A stretch of DNA of 64,000 nucleotides, taken from the NCBI GenBank assembly GCA_964479835.1, contig CAYZRE010000002.1, positions 24,987-88,986 on the forward strand. Reading direction: 5' to 3'. The stretch comes from an uncultured Candidatus Saccharibacteria bacterium (GTDB lineage Bacteria; Patescibacteriota; Minisyncoccia; 2-02-FULL-40-12; GWA2-44-9). Position numbers and translations under genes: made by a program. Below are positions 10,314 through 20,066 of the stretch, one piece after another (positions within the stretch are counted from its first letter, which is position 1; every line of letters starts with the position of its first letter). The notes beneath the pieces are model-generated. The model was not told the origin of the DNA and searched no databases. It saw nothing but the letters and a program-made list of their open reading frames with translations.

Positions 10314-11267
10314 TCAAACGAGAACGGAGTTGATGAGTTGCGGGTGTCCGTTGATGAAATCCCGGGCGCTTTGACGAGTTGAGCCTTCGAGTTGGATTGA
10401 TTCTAAGGTTAGAGCACCGAGGCCGCAGACAACGACGACCTGCGAGAATTGCAGGACAACGGTACCCGCGGGAGCCGAGGGTACCGGACCATCGAATGGC
10501 TGTGCGTGCAGGATATTAAGCGTTTTATCGTTCAATGTTGTCCAGGTACCGGGGTTTGCCGAAAGCGCACGGACGCGGTTGTTTATTTCCGATGCGGACT
10601 TCGTCCAATCAATTCGACCATCGGAACGCTCGAATTTATGCGTTGTTGTGGCAAGGTTATGATTCTGTTGCAGGGGTATGACCGCATCCTTCGTATACTC
10701 CTCCAGGGTGCGTGCCAAAAGGTCTGCACCCAACCGCGCCAGCTCATCTTCACACAGTAAGGCATCAAATCCCGCGGGAATCGCCCAGCTTTCCTGTGCC
10801 AACACCGGCCCGTGGTCCATGGTATCGTCCAGCAACATGATACTAACGCCGGTAGATGCACAGCCGTCGAGGATTGCTGTTTGAATAGGCGACGGTCCTC
10901 GATATGCGGGCAACAACGACGGATGAACATTTAAGAAGCCGAGACGAGGAACTTCAAGATACCGCTTCGGGATAAGTTTTCCGTAGGCAACCACGATGCA
11001 CAGGTCAGGTTTTAGATTCTCAAATAATGTCCAAAAGGCATCATCTTTCAGTGACGGGGGCGTGTGGATTGGCAGGCCGAGGTCAGAGGCGGCCGTTCGG
11101 ACAGGGCTTGGTGTCACGAGCATGCGCCGGCCGACAGGTTTGTCAGGAGCTGTGACAACGGCCTCGATGGGCCACCCGTCAGTCAGAAGGCGTCGGAGCG
11201 TCGGAACTGCGAATAACGGCGTGCCAAAAAACACGATGCGTAGTCGCCGCTCGATAGCGGCTGTCAT
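10314..11267 (-). CDS. fmt: methionyl-tRNA formyltransferase
   Basis: formyltransferase N-terminal domain (IVFFGTP..., HPSLLPAYRGPSPIQ) plus C-terminal domain. The ORF track extends to 11474, but the conserved N-terminus starts at the ATG at 11267. Confidence 0.85.
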   Translation of the reverse strand: MTAAIERRLRIVFFGTPLFAVPTLRRLLTDGWPIEAVVTAPDKPVGRRMLVTPSPVRTAASDLGLPIHTPPSLKDDAFWTLFENLKPDLCIVVAYGKLIPKRYLEVPRLGFLNVHPSLLPAYRGPSPIQTAILDGCASTGVSIMLLDDTMDHGPVLAQESWAIPAGFDALLCEDELARLGADLLARTLEEYTKDAVIPLQQNHNLATTTHKFERSDGRIDWTKSASEINNRVRALSANPGTWTTLNDKTLNILHAQPFDGPVPSAPAGTVVLQFSQVVVVCGLGALTLESIQLEGSTRQSARDFINGHPQLINSVLV

Positions 11268-11395
11268 CCGAACAATCGGTTTTGGTGCTTCTACGAAAAT
11301 CGCCATGCACGAAGTATACGCCGGCATGCAGGAACGAGACAATTGACAGATATGGAACGATATTGTACTATGACGCCAGTTCTGAGAGGAGAAAT

Positions 11396-11644
11396 ATGAG
11401 CGACCCGAGTATCGTGCCGTGGAGTCTTGTCTGGTGCGGTCTGATACTGGCCATCTGCGGTTTGGCTCTCGCACTGCACACCATCGACCATCCCAAGCAG
11501 AGCCCTCTCGCCTCTGTTGGCGCCGTGGGCGTGGTGTTGGGTATCGTCCTCATGGTCGTGCCACTACTGGTGAACGGTACCGTCATGCTCGAGAGAGCCC
11601 TTTGTGCAGCAGCGCAGAAGGCTTTCGCTCCTGCACGACCCTGA
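11396..11644 (+). CDS. small two-TM membrane protein
   Basis: 82 aa, RBS GAGGAG before the ATG, two hydrophobic helices, followed by a terminator. Confidence 0.45.
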   Translation: MSDPSIVPWSLVWCGLILAICGLALALHTIDHPKQSPLASVGAVGVVLGIVLMVVPLLVNGTVMLERALCAAAQKAFAPARP

Positions 11645-11653
11645 GACACCGAA

Positions 11654-11691
11654 AGCGCCTTCCTATCGGAGGGCGCTATTTTTAATTATTT
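11654..11691. terminator. bidirectional intrinsic terminator
   Basis: stem AGCGCC/GGCGCT with a 12-nt loop and flanking T/A tracts, between a plus-strand small gene and minus-strand def. Confidence 0.5.
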
Positions 11692-12150
11692 CTGCTTTCC
11701 GACGCGGTCTTTGATGGTCGTGCCGTTGAGGTGGTCGGTCTCGTGTTGGAGAACACGGGCGAGCATGCCGCGAGCGCGGAATTTTACGCGTACTCCGTGT
11801 TCGTCGAGCGCTTTGAACATAATTTTCTTGGCGCGGCGTACCGGTGCCCACATACCGGGTATCGACAGGCACCCTTCCTCGACATCATCAGTCTCTTTGC
11901 CGTATTCGGTAATGACGGGATTTGCGTAGGCCGACGGCACTTTATGTTCTGCCGCAAGCCGTTCGTCGATAACAAACAATGCCAAATCTTTACCCACCTG
12001 ATTTGCGGCAAGCCCGATGCCAATATAAGTTATCATATCTTTCTTCATCTCGACGATGAGCTCCGTATACACCCCCGCCTTCAACTGCGCCGCTTTCAAC
12101 GGTGTGCAGGTTTGCTTTAGTGAGGGGTGGGGGATGAGGGTGAGTTCCAT
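11686..12150 (-). CDS. def: peptide deformylase
   Basis: motifs GIGLAANQVG, EGCLSIPG, HETDHLNG. Confidence 0.9.
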   Translation of the reverse strand: MELTLIPHPSLKQTCTPLKAAQLKAGVYTELIVEMKKDMITYIGIGLAANQVGKDLALFVIDERLAAEHKVPSAYANPVITEYGKETDDVEEGCLSIPGMWAPVRRAKKIMFKALDEHGVRVKFRARGMLARVLQHETDHLNGTTIKDRVGKQK

Positions 12151-12181
12151 GAGCTATGGCGATACACGCCTACAGATTATC

Positions 12182-14083
12182 TCATGTAATAGAACGAGGG
12201 TCAACATCTATCGTCCAACGGTCGGGAACATATGAGAGAAGTTCAGAAAGCTTGGAACCTGAAAGGGTACTTTTGATGATGATATGCTGTGTCCATTGCC
12301 CTCCTCCGCGCTCGACCAGTGCCGGACCGGGTCCCAGCAGCCGTGTACCGCGCGCCCCCAGATGCTCAACAGCACGGCGCATACGATCCGCGGCGACGGC
12401 TGCCTGGCGTGATGCAGTTGCCCGGTCACGATGACGAAAACTTAATTTTACAATGCGCGCAAACGGCGGCCACACGAGCGCTTTTCGTTGTGTCAGCTCC
12501 GAGCGGTAATAGGTATCCCACTGCCGCGACGGAACATCGCCAAGAGCATCGGCGTCCTGCCAGCTTTGTACGACCACATGGCGCGGATGTAGGTCAGCGA
12601 TTTTCTCTAGTTGCACGATGAGCCGTTCCTGCGTGCGGTAATCGGGATTGTACGCAAGCGCATCAAGCTGCGGCACGATGACCGTATCGAATGTGCGGCT
12701 GTAGCGATGGCTGAAGATCATCTGGGAGGCGATCAGAATGGGATGTTCCATATCGTCTAATGTTGCCAGTATCGCATGTTCATCGGCCGCGGTGCGTATC
12801 AAGTCGGAATCTAAAATCGGAATTTTCAATTTGCGGTGGCCGTACCGGTCTAATATCGTGTTGACTGCCTCGGCAAGTTTTTGACTACCGGCCAGTCCCC
12901 GGGGACGAAGCGCGCCACCGTGACACGCCGGGCATTGTTTGGGGACTCCTGTAAACGCCCCGCAATGGTAGCAGACGAGCATTTCTTCCGTTGTCCGGTG
13001 CCAGCGCATCGGTACATCACAGGTTGCGCAGGGAAGTGTTTTTTTGCAAAATCCGCATCGCGCAACGGTTGCATATCCGCGACGCGCCGAAAGTATCAGG
13101 AGTGGCTTACCGGACTCATGACAATCCAGTAGCGCATCTGTTGCGTGCCGTGAAAACAAGGAACGGCTGCCATCGAGCTGCTCCTGCTCCATAGAAACCT
13201 GGGTAACGCGGGGCCAATACGGTTTTCTGTCTTCGAGCGTGAGTGTCCCCGTGGAAATCAGATGGTGATGTACCGTACTGATGGCGGGAGTCAGCCAGGT
13301 AAGCGATGCGCCGGTGAGAGCGGCAAGTTGGCGGGCCGCATCCGGTCCGTTATACCGCGGCGTCATATCGCTCTTATACGCTTCGTGGAGGGGATCCTCC
13401 ACCACGATGTGGCGCAGGTCGGACCAGGGTGCAAACAGCGCCAGGCGTGTGCCGATGATGACCCGTGCCGAACCGTCGGCAACTGCACGGTATGCCGCCT
13501 CATATGTGCGAGCCGATACTCCACTGTGTATGACCTGCGGTTTCAACGCGTGCAAAAGGTCACCAAATTCAAGCGCCAGAGAAACTTCAGGAACAAGGAT
13601 GAGCAGCTGCCCGTCCGTTTTCGATGCGATGCGTTTTATTTCGTTGAGAGTTGTATCCGGTTGTGTGAGCACAAGTCGTCCGGCGGGCGGTTCAATTTTT
13701 TTAAGAACATCACCTGACAGAGGAAGTGTAAGTAATTTTCCGCGTTTCCCCAAAAACGGCGGTGCGACGGTTTTCATGCATGTTGCCAGCGATGCTCCGT
13801 AGTGAGCGGCCATCCAACGGGCAAGAGAAAACTGGACACCGCTCATCTGGGGTGACTCGGTAATTACCGAGTCGATTTTCTTGAGGGCGAATGCCGACTT
13901 CTTGAGGGCCAGCTTGGCGGAGCGGACATCAAGGGACTCAACCACTAACGCTAAAACCAGTCGATGACCCATGGTGACCCGCACAAGGCTGCCCTGCGGC
14001 AGGGGAGTCGTCCAAAAGTAATCAAGGACCGCCGGAGCGTTGGCGGGCAAGGTGACCAAAGGGATGACGCGGACGATGTGCAT
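12182..14083 (-). CDS. priA: primosomal protein N' (PriA)-like
   Basis: PriA-like N-terminal 3'-DNA-binding region, helicase-like core and a Cys4 zinc-binding insertion (CGFCKK...CATCD...CYHCG...CPACHG). The Walker motifs look degenerate and the start is ambiguous (14140, 14101 or 14083). Confidence 0.7.
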   Translation of the reverse strand: MHIVRVIPLVTLPANAPAVLDYFWTTPLPQGSLVRVTMGHRLVLALVVESLDVRSAKLALKKSAFALKKIDSVITESPQMSGVQFSLARWMAAHYGASLATCMKTVAPPFLGKRGKLLTLPLSGDVLKKIEPPAGRLVLTQPDTTLNEIKRIASKTDGQLLILVPEVSLALEFGDLLHALKPQVIHSGVSARTYEAAYRAVADGSARVIIGTRLALFAPWSDLRHIVVEDPLHEAYKSDMTPRYNGPDAARQLAALTGASLTWLTPAISTVHHHLISTGTLTLEDRKPYWPRVTQVSMEQEQLDGSRSLFSRHATDALLDCHESGKPLLILSARRGYATVARCGFCKKTLPCATCDVPMRWHRTTEEMLVCYHCGAFTGVPKQCPACHGGALRPRGLAGSQKLAEAVNTILDRYGHRKLKIPILDSDLIRTAADEHAILATLDDMEHPILIASQMIFSHRYSRTFDTVIVPQLDALAYNPDYRTQERLIVQLEKIADLHPRHVVVQSWQDADALGDVPSRQWDTYYRSELTQRKALVWPPFARIVKLSFRHRDRATASRQAAVAADRMRRAVEHLGARGTRLLGPGPALVERGGGQWTQHIIIKSTLSGSKLSELLSYVPDRWTIDVDPRSIT

Positions 14084-14146
14084 GTCTGTATTGAACCACA
14101 TTGGGGATTCGTTGCGAATGACCCGATTTTTGGATACCATAAGACT

Positions 14147-15445
14147 ATGGAGGTCAAAGTACGCATTGCACCATCACCGACAGGCAATCTCCACATCGGG
14201 ACCGCTCGTACGGCCCTGTTTAACTGGCTTTTTGCGCGCCACCACGGGGGTCAATTTATCGTGCGAATTGAGGATACCGACCTCGAACGGTCAAAGAAGG
14301 AGTATGAAACCAATATCGTAGAGGGACTCCGATGGCTTGGACTGGATTGGGATAATGAAAACCTGTACCGCCAGAGCGAACGCCTCGATGTCTATCGCCG
14401 GTATCTCCAACAGCTGCTGGATAACGGTAAAGCATTCTGGCGCGAGTATACCACCGAGGAACAAGATGAGATGAAGCGTGAAGGCAGGCCTGCGCGTGAC
14501 AGGGTCATCGTTCTCAAAGATGAAGGTGATCCCGAGCGAGCGGTAGCGTTTGATGATGTCATTCGCGACACGGTATCGGTGCAGGCAAAACACATCGGAC
14601 AGGTGGTGCTCGCCAAAGATCTGGATACCCCACTCTACAATTTTGCGGTCGTCGTTGACGATTTAGATATGGCTATTACGCACGTGATCCGCGGTGAAGA
14701 CCATATCAGCAATACCGCGAAGCAACTGTTGATCTATGAGGCGCTCAAAGCAACGCCGCCGAAATTTGCGCACTTACCGCTCATTTTGGGCATAGACCGG
14801 AGCAAGATGTCCAAGCGTCACGGCGCCACCAATATCGCCGATTATCAGGTTGACTATCTGCCCGATGCGCTGGTGAACTTCATGGCGCAGATGGGGTATA
14901 CTTATGAGCCGGAGCTGATGGACCGCCAGGAAATGGCGCGACAGTTCGATTTAGCTCGGGTACACAAAAGTGGTGCCGTGTTTGATCAGGCGAAGCTGAA
15001 CTGGATGAACGCGCAATATATAAAACGCATGGAACCCGCAGCATTCAAGACGCTCATCGGGAAGCCCCACCTGCCGGAGGCGGCTGTGCCGTTGATGACC
15101 GAGCGACTTGAGCGATTAGGCGATGTATCGCAATTTGTATATCTGTGGGACGAGCCCGAGTATGAAGCGGAGGTGTTGTTCTGGAAGGACAACGATGTCG
15201 CCACTACGATACGGGCGTTGCGCGCCTGTGCCACATTGGCCGAAGAGGGTAAACTTACAAAAGATGCTCTGGACAGTATCGCGGTAGAGCAGTTCGAAGG
15301 AAAGAAAGGCAGTATCTATTGGCCGCTTCGTGTGGCATTGTCCGGCCTGCGCAACAGTGCCGGACCGTTGGATATCTATGGAGTGATCGGTGCCGGAGAT
15401 GCGACTCGGAGAATCAAAAAAGCCATCAGTAAACTACAACCATGA
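14147..15445 (+). CDS. gltX: glutamyl-tRNA synthetase
   Basis: class I HIGH-type motif (PSPTGNLHIGTART) and KMSKR. The ORF track starts at 13964, but the conserved N-terminus begins at the ATG at 14147. Confidence 0.85.
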   Translation: MEVKVRIAPSPTGNLHIGTARTALFNWLFARHHGGQFIVRIEDTDLERSKKEYETNIVEGLRWLGLDWDNENLYRQSERLDVYRRYLQQLLDNGKAFWREYTTEEQDEMKREGRPARDRVIVLKDEGDPERAVAFDDVIRDTVSVQAKHIGQVVLAKDLDTPLYNFAVVVDDLDMAITHVIRGEDHISNTAKQLLIYEALKATPPKFAHLPLILGIDRSKMSKRHGATNIADYQVDYLPDALVNFMAQMGYTYEPELMDRQEMARQFDLARVHKSGAVFDQAKLNWMNAQYIKRMEPAAFKTLIGKPHLPEAAVPLMTERLERLGDVSQFVYLWDEPEYEAEVLFWKDNDVATTIRALRACATLAEEGKLTKDALDSIAVEQFEGKKGSIYWPLRVALSGLRNSAGPLDIYGVIGAGDATRRIKKAISKLQP

Positions 15446-16686
15446 CCATACACGGAGGGCTCCAACGCGTTATTTTATCGGCGCTCGTAGTGGCGGCATT
15501 GGTGGTGCCCTATTCCGTACGCGCAGAAACAGCTGATGAGGCCCGCATCCGACAGTTGCAGAGTCAGATTGATGCGCTTGAACAGGAGGCGGCCGCAAAG
15601 CGGGCTGTTATCACGACGACACGCGCGCAGGCTGACTCATTAAAAAAAGAGATATCCATTTTACAGAACCAGATTGGAGTCGTACAGGCGCAGATAAACT
15701 CGACCAACACAAAAATAGATCTGACGGTACTGGAGATTGGCGGTGTACAGGACGAAATCGGGCAGAAGCGCGAGGACATAAGTCGCAAACGGGAAACCAT
15801 GGGGCGGTTGGTATTCTTTCTGGACCAGAGAGACCACGAGGATTTGCTCGCCAGCCTGTTCAAATATACGCAATTGTCTGAATTTCTCGCCCAACTGCAC
15901 GATGTGGCGAATGTGCAGAATCGCATCATGGGGATGATTGCGGACATCAAAGGAGTAAAGGCGGCCCTCGAGGAGGACAAAACCGAACTCGAAGGCAAGC
16001 AGGAGGAATTAGAAAGCCTCAATGAACAGGCAGCTCAGCGTCAACAGCAGTTGTCCGGAACAAAAGGAGAGAGAGCTCGGGTGCTGTCTGTCACCAAGGG
16101 TCAAGAGGCGGTGTATCAAAAGCAACTTACGGCGATTGAACAGCAGAAGGCGCAGTTCTTCAAAGAACTACGCGAGTTGGAGCTCAAGGTTGTCTCGGGT
16201 GGGTTTTACATCGTGCATGTGAAGGCCGACTTTGTCCCGTCCTGTGGGACGAAGTTGTTCTCCTGGCCGGAAAGTAACTACTACCTTACCCAGGGCTATG
16301 GCATGACGGCGTACGCAAAACGCGGGGCATATGGCGGGGCACCGCACAACGGCATTGATATCGCCGCCGGTTTCGGTTCACCCATTAAGGCTATCGGCGA
16401 CGGCACGATCGTGGCCAATGGCACGAATTCGGGCTGGGGCAATTGGGTTGCAATTCAACATACAAATAACATGGTTTCAATCTACGGCCACATGAGCTCG
16501 TTTAACCGTTCAGTCGGCGCACAAGTTAGAACGGGAGACATCATCGGGTTCGAGGGTAAAACCGGCAAGGTGACCGGAAGTCATTTGCATCTGTCCCTCT
16601 ATCGGGAGTTCTTCACCTACCTGAAGGGGAGTGAGCTGTACTTCAATTATTTTGACGGCACGGTCAACCCGACCTGCTACCTATAA
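15442..16686 (+). CDS. M23-family peptidase with N-terminal coiled coil (EnvC-like)
   Basis: signal/TM segment, long coiled-coil region, C-terminal M23 motifs (HNGIDIAA..., GKTGKVTGSHLHLSLY). Confidence 0.8.
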   Translation: MTIHGGLQRVILSALVVAALVVPYSVRAETADEARIRQLQSQIDALEQEAAAKRAVITTTRAQADSLKKEISILQNQIGVVQAQINSTNTKIDLTVLEIGGVQDEIGQKREDISRKRETMGRLVFFLDQRDHEDLLASLFKYTQLSEFLAQLHDVANVQNRIMGMIADIKGVKAALEEDKTELEGKQEELESLNEQAAQRQQQLSGTKGERARVLSVTKGQEAVYQKQLTAIEQQKAQFFKELRELELKVVSGGFYIVHVKADFVPSCGTKLFSWPESNYYLTQGYGMTAYAKRGAYGGAPHNGIDIAAGFGSPIKAIGDGTIVANGTNSGWGNWVAIQHTNNMVSIYGHMSSFNRSVGAQVRTGDIIGFEGKTGKVTGSHLHLSLYREFFTYLKGSELYFNYFDGTVNPTCYL

Positions 16687-16716
16687 GAAAAAGAGGGGAG
16701 CTCTAGGGCTCCCCTC
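16683..16716. terminator. hairpin terminator (GAGGGGAGC/GCTCCCCTC)
   Basis: 9-bp GC-rich stem directly after the M23 peptidase stop, with a T-tract on the minus-strand side. Confidence 0.5.
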
Positions 16717-16726
16717 TGCGGTGCGA

Positions 16727-16984
16727 CTACTCGGTGCGATCCCGAGCATCCGGGTTGCGGTCCTCGAAGATCGCATACGGCAACTTGTGCTCGATCAACC
16801 CGATTTCCGTGCCGGTTGCGGGGTCGATGATACGGCCCGTCACGACGAATTCGAATTGCGCGTAGTACGGCTCGCTCGTCAGTTGCTCGACGAGCGCATC
16901 CGCCATCGCCGTTCCCGCCCTCATGAGGTCAGGTCTGGCAGCCTGGACAGCATCGTTGAGCACGATTGTCGGATGGGCAATCAT
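16727..16984 (-). CDS. hypothetical small protein
   Basis: 85 aa; RBS AAGAGGTG before the ATG at 16984; followed by the terminator hairpin. Confidence 0.4.
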   Translation of the reverse strand: MIAHPTIVLNDAVQAARPDLMRAGTAMADALVEQLTSEPYYAQFEFVVTGRIIDPATGTEIGLIEHKLPYAIFEDRNPDARDRTE

Positions 16985-17511
16985 AGGCACCTCTTGATAT
17001 AAGTATAGCATATAGATAGAGACAGGTCAATAATAGGGGAGCGGGGGGCGGTGTGGCACATTACGCCATACGGAAGCAGGCGACAGATGCGGACGGACCG
17101 TGTCGTTCCGCAATGAGTTCCGTCCGACTTACCGATGTTCCGTCCGATATCATCCCGCGCGTAAAACGCGAAGGAACCGTAGCTCTATTTTGACCATCCG
17201 GGGGACTTCTCAAAAATACAATCTGCGTATTCGGATGAAATGTTTACGTGACCGATGGCACGACAGAAAGGGAGGTAGTGGGGGTGTATATAATAGAGAG
17301 AATAATCACATTATTGGCCCCGGGTCTTATAGGCGTTTTTTGGGCATTAACAGGGGAGTCGTGCATGGTATAAGGACGCATAATCTACATTGGGCGACAT
17401 GATATCAAACCGGCCGGGGCACTCCCCTTGGCCGTTTTCATCATGTACGCCCAATGTGGCTATGTTGTGCAACGCGCTGCATCGCACAACATAGCCGAAC
17501 GATGCATCATT

Positions 17512-17542
17512 AAAAAAAGAGCACGCGCCGTGTCGCGTGCTC
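17512..17542 (-). terminator. intrinsic terminator
   Basis: stem GAGCACGCG/CGCGTGCTC followed by T7 on the minus strand, directly downstream of the gene ending at 17549. Confidence 0.55.
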
Positions 17543-17548
17543 TGTACC

Positions 17549-18031
17549 TCACTTCACAAGGACTCTGCACTCTACTCGCGCCATGGTCTTACCTGACTTC
17601 GTCAGCTTGGCGGTAATCACATACTCACCTGGCATGAGCGAGAAGCGTTTGGGAGTGTCTTCAGACCATCGGTCCACCTCCCCTTCTTGTGATGCGAGTA
17701 CGGTCTCGTAGGGAGGGCAATCGCTCTCGTGGCCGCCTTGTAAATCAGAATCGATGTACCACTCAATGCCCGGACACCAGAGATGCTCGCCCGGGTTATC
17801 GACGTAGAGTTTTGCGAGCACCAGTGCGGGACGGAGGCCATAGCTGATTGCAAGACGGGGGCTACACACCAACTTTGCTACCGGTTTCTGCTTCTTCGAC
17901 GGGAATGACGGCCTTGCCGGAATGTTTGCGGTGGGCACAGTGACCTCACCCACAACGACGACCGGCGGGTCCTCCGGGCTCTGTATCTGTATCCGTATCA
18001 GCACCACTACCAGGAACAGTTCTGCCAGCAT
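17549..18031 (-). CDS. hypothetical secreted protein
   Basis: RBS GGAGGAG before the ATG at 18031; N-terminal hydrophobic signal-like segment; Pro-rich linker. Confidence 0.5.
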   Translation of the reverse strand: MLAELFLVVVLIRIQIQSPEDPPVVVVGEVTVPTANIPARPSFPSKKQKPVAKLVCSPRLAISYGLRPALVLAKLYVDNPGEHLWCPGIEWYIDSDLQGGHESDCPPYETVLASQEGEVDRWSEDTPKRFSLMPGEYVITAKLTKSGKTMARVECRVLVK

Positions 18032-18158
18032 ACCGCTCCTCCTTGGAACTACGAAGAAAAGGAAACAGTATGAAATCCCCCGATGCTCGTCAATAATGTA
18101 CAGTGGATATCGGTTTGTGCCTTGCGATAGGCCGTGCACAGGGTACTATGGACTGCAT

Positions 18159-18830
18159 ATGTCACGCATCGTATTCGATATAGAAACCGTCGGCGTTGAC
18201 TTCGCAACGCTCGATGAACAGGCACAAGAGTATCTGCTGAAGTCCGCGCGTACGCCTGAAGAAAAAGAGCTTGTTCCTGAGCGGTTAAGCTTCTCCCCTC
18301 TGACCGGGCAGGTCGTAGCCATTGCAATGCTCAACCCGGAAACGGGCAAAGGAGCGGTGTACTATCAGGCGCCCGGCACAGAGCCCGTTGAGCGCGACGA
18401 AGACGGCATTGTATACGCAACAGGCACCGAGGCCGATATTCTGGAGAAGTTCTGGCGCACCATCGCTTTTTATGAACAATTCGTTACCTTCAATGGTCGC
18501 GCATTCGATTGCCCGTTTCTGATGGTCCGCAGTGCCGTCAATAAGGTAAAGCCGTCCAAGAACCTCGTTCCCTACCGCTACGGGGATGAGCATATCGATT
18601 TATTTGACCGACTGGGATTTTTCGGTGCCGTGCGACACACGATGAGTTTGCATATGTGGTGCCAAGCATTGGGAATTCGTTCAAGTAAAGCAGGCGGCAT
18701 CAACGGCCATGAAGTACCCGTATTTTTCAAGAACGGCCGATACGAGGAAATCGCACGATATTGCTTCGACGATATTCGCGCGACTTCGGAGTTGTTTGAT
18801 TATTGGAATCGGTACATCAATATAAAGTAG
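18159..18830 (+). CDS. DEDDy-type 3'-5' exonuclease (RNase H-like fold, PolB-exonuclease-like)
   Basis: Exo I VFDIET, Exo II FNGRAFDCPF, Exo III YCFDDIRAT; start at the ATG at 18159. Confidence 0.7.
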   Translation: MSRIVFDIETVGVDFATLDEQAQEYLLKSARTPEEKELVPERLSFSPLTGQVVAIAMLNPETGKGAVYYQAPGTEPVERDEDGIVYATGTEADILEKFWRTIAFYEQFVTFNGRAFDCPFLMVRSAVNKVKPSKNLVPYRYGDEHIDLFDRLGFFGAVRHTMSLHMWCQALGIRSSKAGGINGHEVPVFFKNGRYEEIARYCFDDIRATSELFDYWNRYINIK

Positions 18831-18833
18831 AGA

Positions 18834-19574
18834 ATGGAATATGATTCCGTAGAGGAGTTTAAGATGCGCGCAGGATACGATATAGACGGTATCTGGTACC
18901 CGCGCGTTACCTCTATCCTCTCCATCAAAGCGAAGCCTGCTCTGCTTCGTTACTATGGCGGCATGCGGAGCTTCAAGGCGGCTGACGATGTTAAAGAGGC
19001 CAGCGCGCGCGAAGGTACCCTGGTACACGAAGCGGTTGAAGCAATTGCCCGAGGTGAACATCCGGACATTGATCCGAATGCACGGCCATCCGTTGATGCG
19101 TACCTCGAATTTGCGCGCAATAACGACATCGAGCCCCTGCTAGTGGAAGAACGCATCATCAGCCGTCAGCACGGCTATGCCGGAACCATCGATATGCTGG
19201 CGCGGGTCAACGGCGTTGTCGGCGTTCTCGACATTAAGACGAGCAAGCGAATATACCGCGATTACGGTCTCCAGACTGCCGCATATATGCAAGCGCTACG
19301 GGAGAATCCCGATACTCCAACACCGACGACCAGCTGGGTTCTACGATTGGACCAATGCCGTGCATGCGAGCTCTGCGGCGTGTCATTGCGCACAAAAGGA
19401 GGGGCATTCCGTGTCAGTGCCGGCGGTAAAGGATGCACCCATCGGTGGGGTCCCGTGCAGGGACAATTCGAGTTTCAGGAGATGGGAAATACTGAACATA
19501 ATCTGCAGGCATTTCTGGCGTCGAAGTCTCTCTGGGAATGGGAGCACCACGACTACCTGAAACAATTGCGGTAA
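18834..19574 (+). CDS. PD-(D/E)XK nuclease, Cas4/RecB-like, with C-terminal Cys cluster
   Basis: motifs GTIDML, VLDIKTSK, QTAAY and a C-x2-C-x2-C...C cluster; 4 nt downstream of the exonuclease gene. Confidence 0.7.
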   Translation: MEYDSVEEFKMRAGYDIDGIWYPRVTSILSIKAKPALLRYYGGMRSFKAADDVKEASAREGTLVHEAVEAIARGEHPDIDPNARPSVDAYLEFARNNDIEPLLVEERIISRQHGYAGTIDMLARVNGVVGVLDIKTSKRIYRDYGLQTAAYMQALRENPDTPTPTTSWVLRLDQCRACELCGVSLRTKGGAFRVSAGGKGCTHRWGPVQGQFEFQEMGNTEHNLQAFLASKSLWEWEHHDYLKQLR

Positions 19575-19600
19575 AGAAAAACGGCGACCCATGTCGCCGT
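19575..19600 (-). terminator. terminator hairpin (ACGGCGAC-ccat-GTCGCCGT)
   Basis: 8-bp stem with a T-tract on the minus strand, between convergent genes. Confidence 0.5.
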
Positions 19601-20046
19601 CACTTCGGGAGATCGTCTTCGAGGAGGATGTTGCGGTCAAGCTTCCGGCTCTTGATGATGTCCGCAGCCAGGCGTAACGTCATACACTCCGCGACATCGC
19701 CCTCGAGCTCCTCGGCGCGTGCTTCAAGCTCACTGATGACCGTGACCTTTTCCTGCTCGAAGTGATCACGAATCGCCTGCCACTTGAGTTCTGAGGGCAC
19801 CTCTTCGTCCGCGACATGTTCGTGAAATACCTTACAGCCGTCACCCGCACCCCATTCGTTGTGGCAGGACCCCTGTGGCCGAAGGATGTACTGGCCCTCC
19901 GGCTGTCCGTAGGGACAGCGTACGCGTCCATCAACCCAACACGTGTCCGCTTTGATGAGTCTGTTTTCGTCCTCATCAACGACGCGCAGTCCGGCGCGGT
20001 CTGCCAGCATGATGATGCGCTCACGCAATTCCTGTTGATCCATCAC
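19600..20046 (-). CDS. hypothetical Cys-rich protein
   Basis: RBS GGAGGTGAG before the ATG; contains CWVDGRVRCPYGQPEGQYILRPQGSCHNEWGAGDGC. Confidence 0.45.
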   Translation of the reverse strand: MMDQQELRERIIMLADRAGLRVVDEDENRLIKADTCWVDGRVRCPYGQPEGQYILRPQGSCHNEWGAGDGCKVFHEHVADEEVPSELKWQAIRDHFEQEKVTVISELEARAEELEGDVAECMTLRLAADIIKSRKLDRNILLEDDLPK

Positions 20047-20066
20047 TCACCTCCGCAAATACGGTA

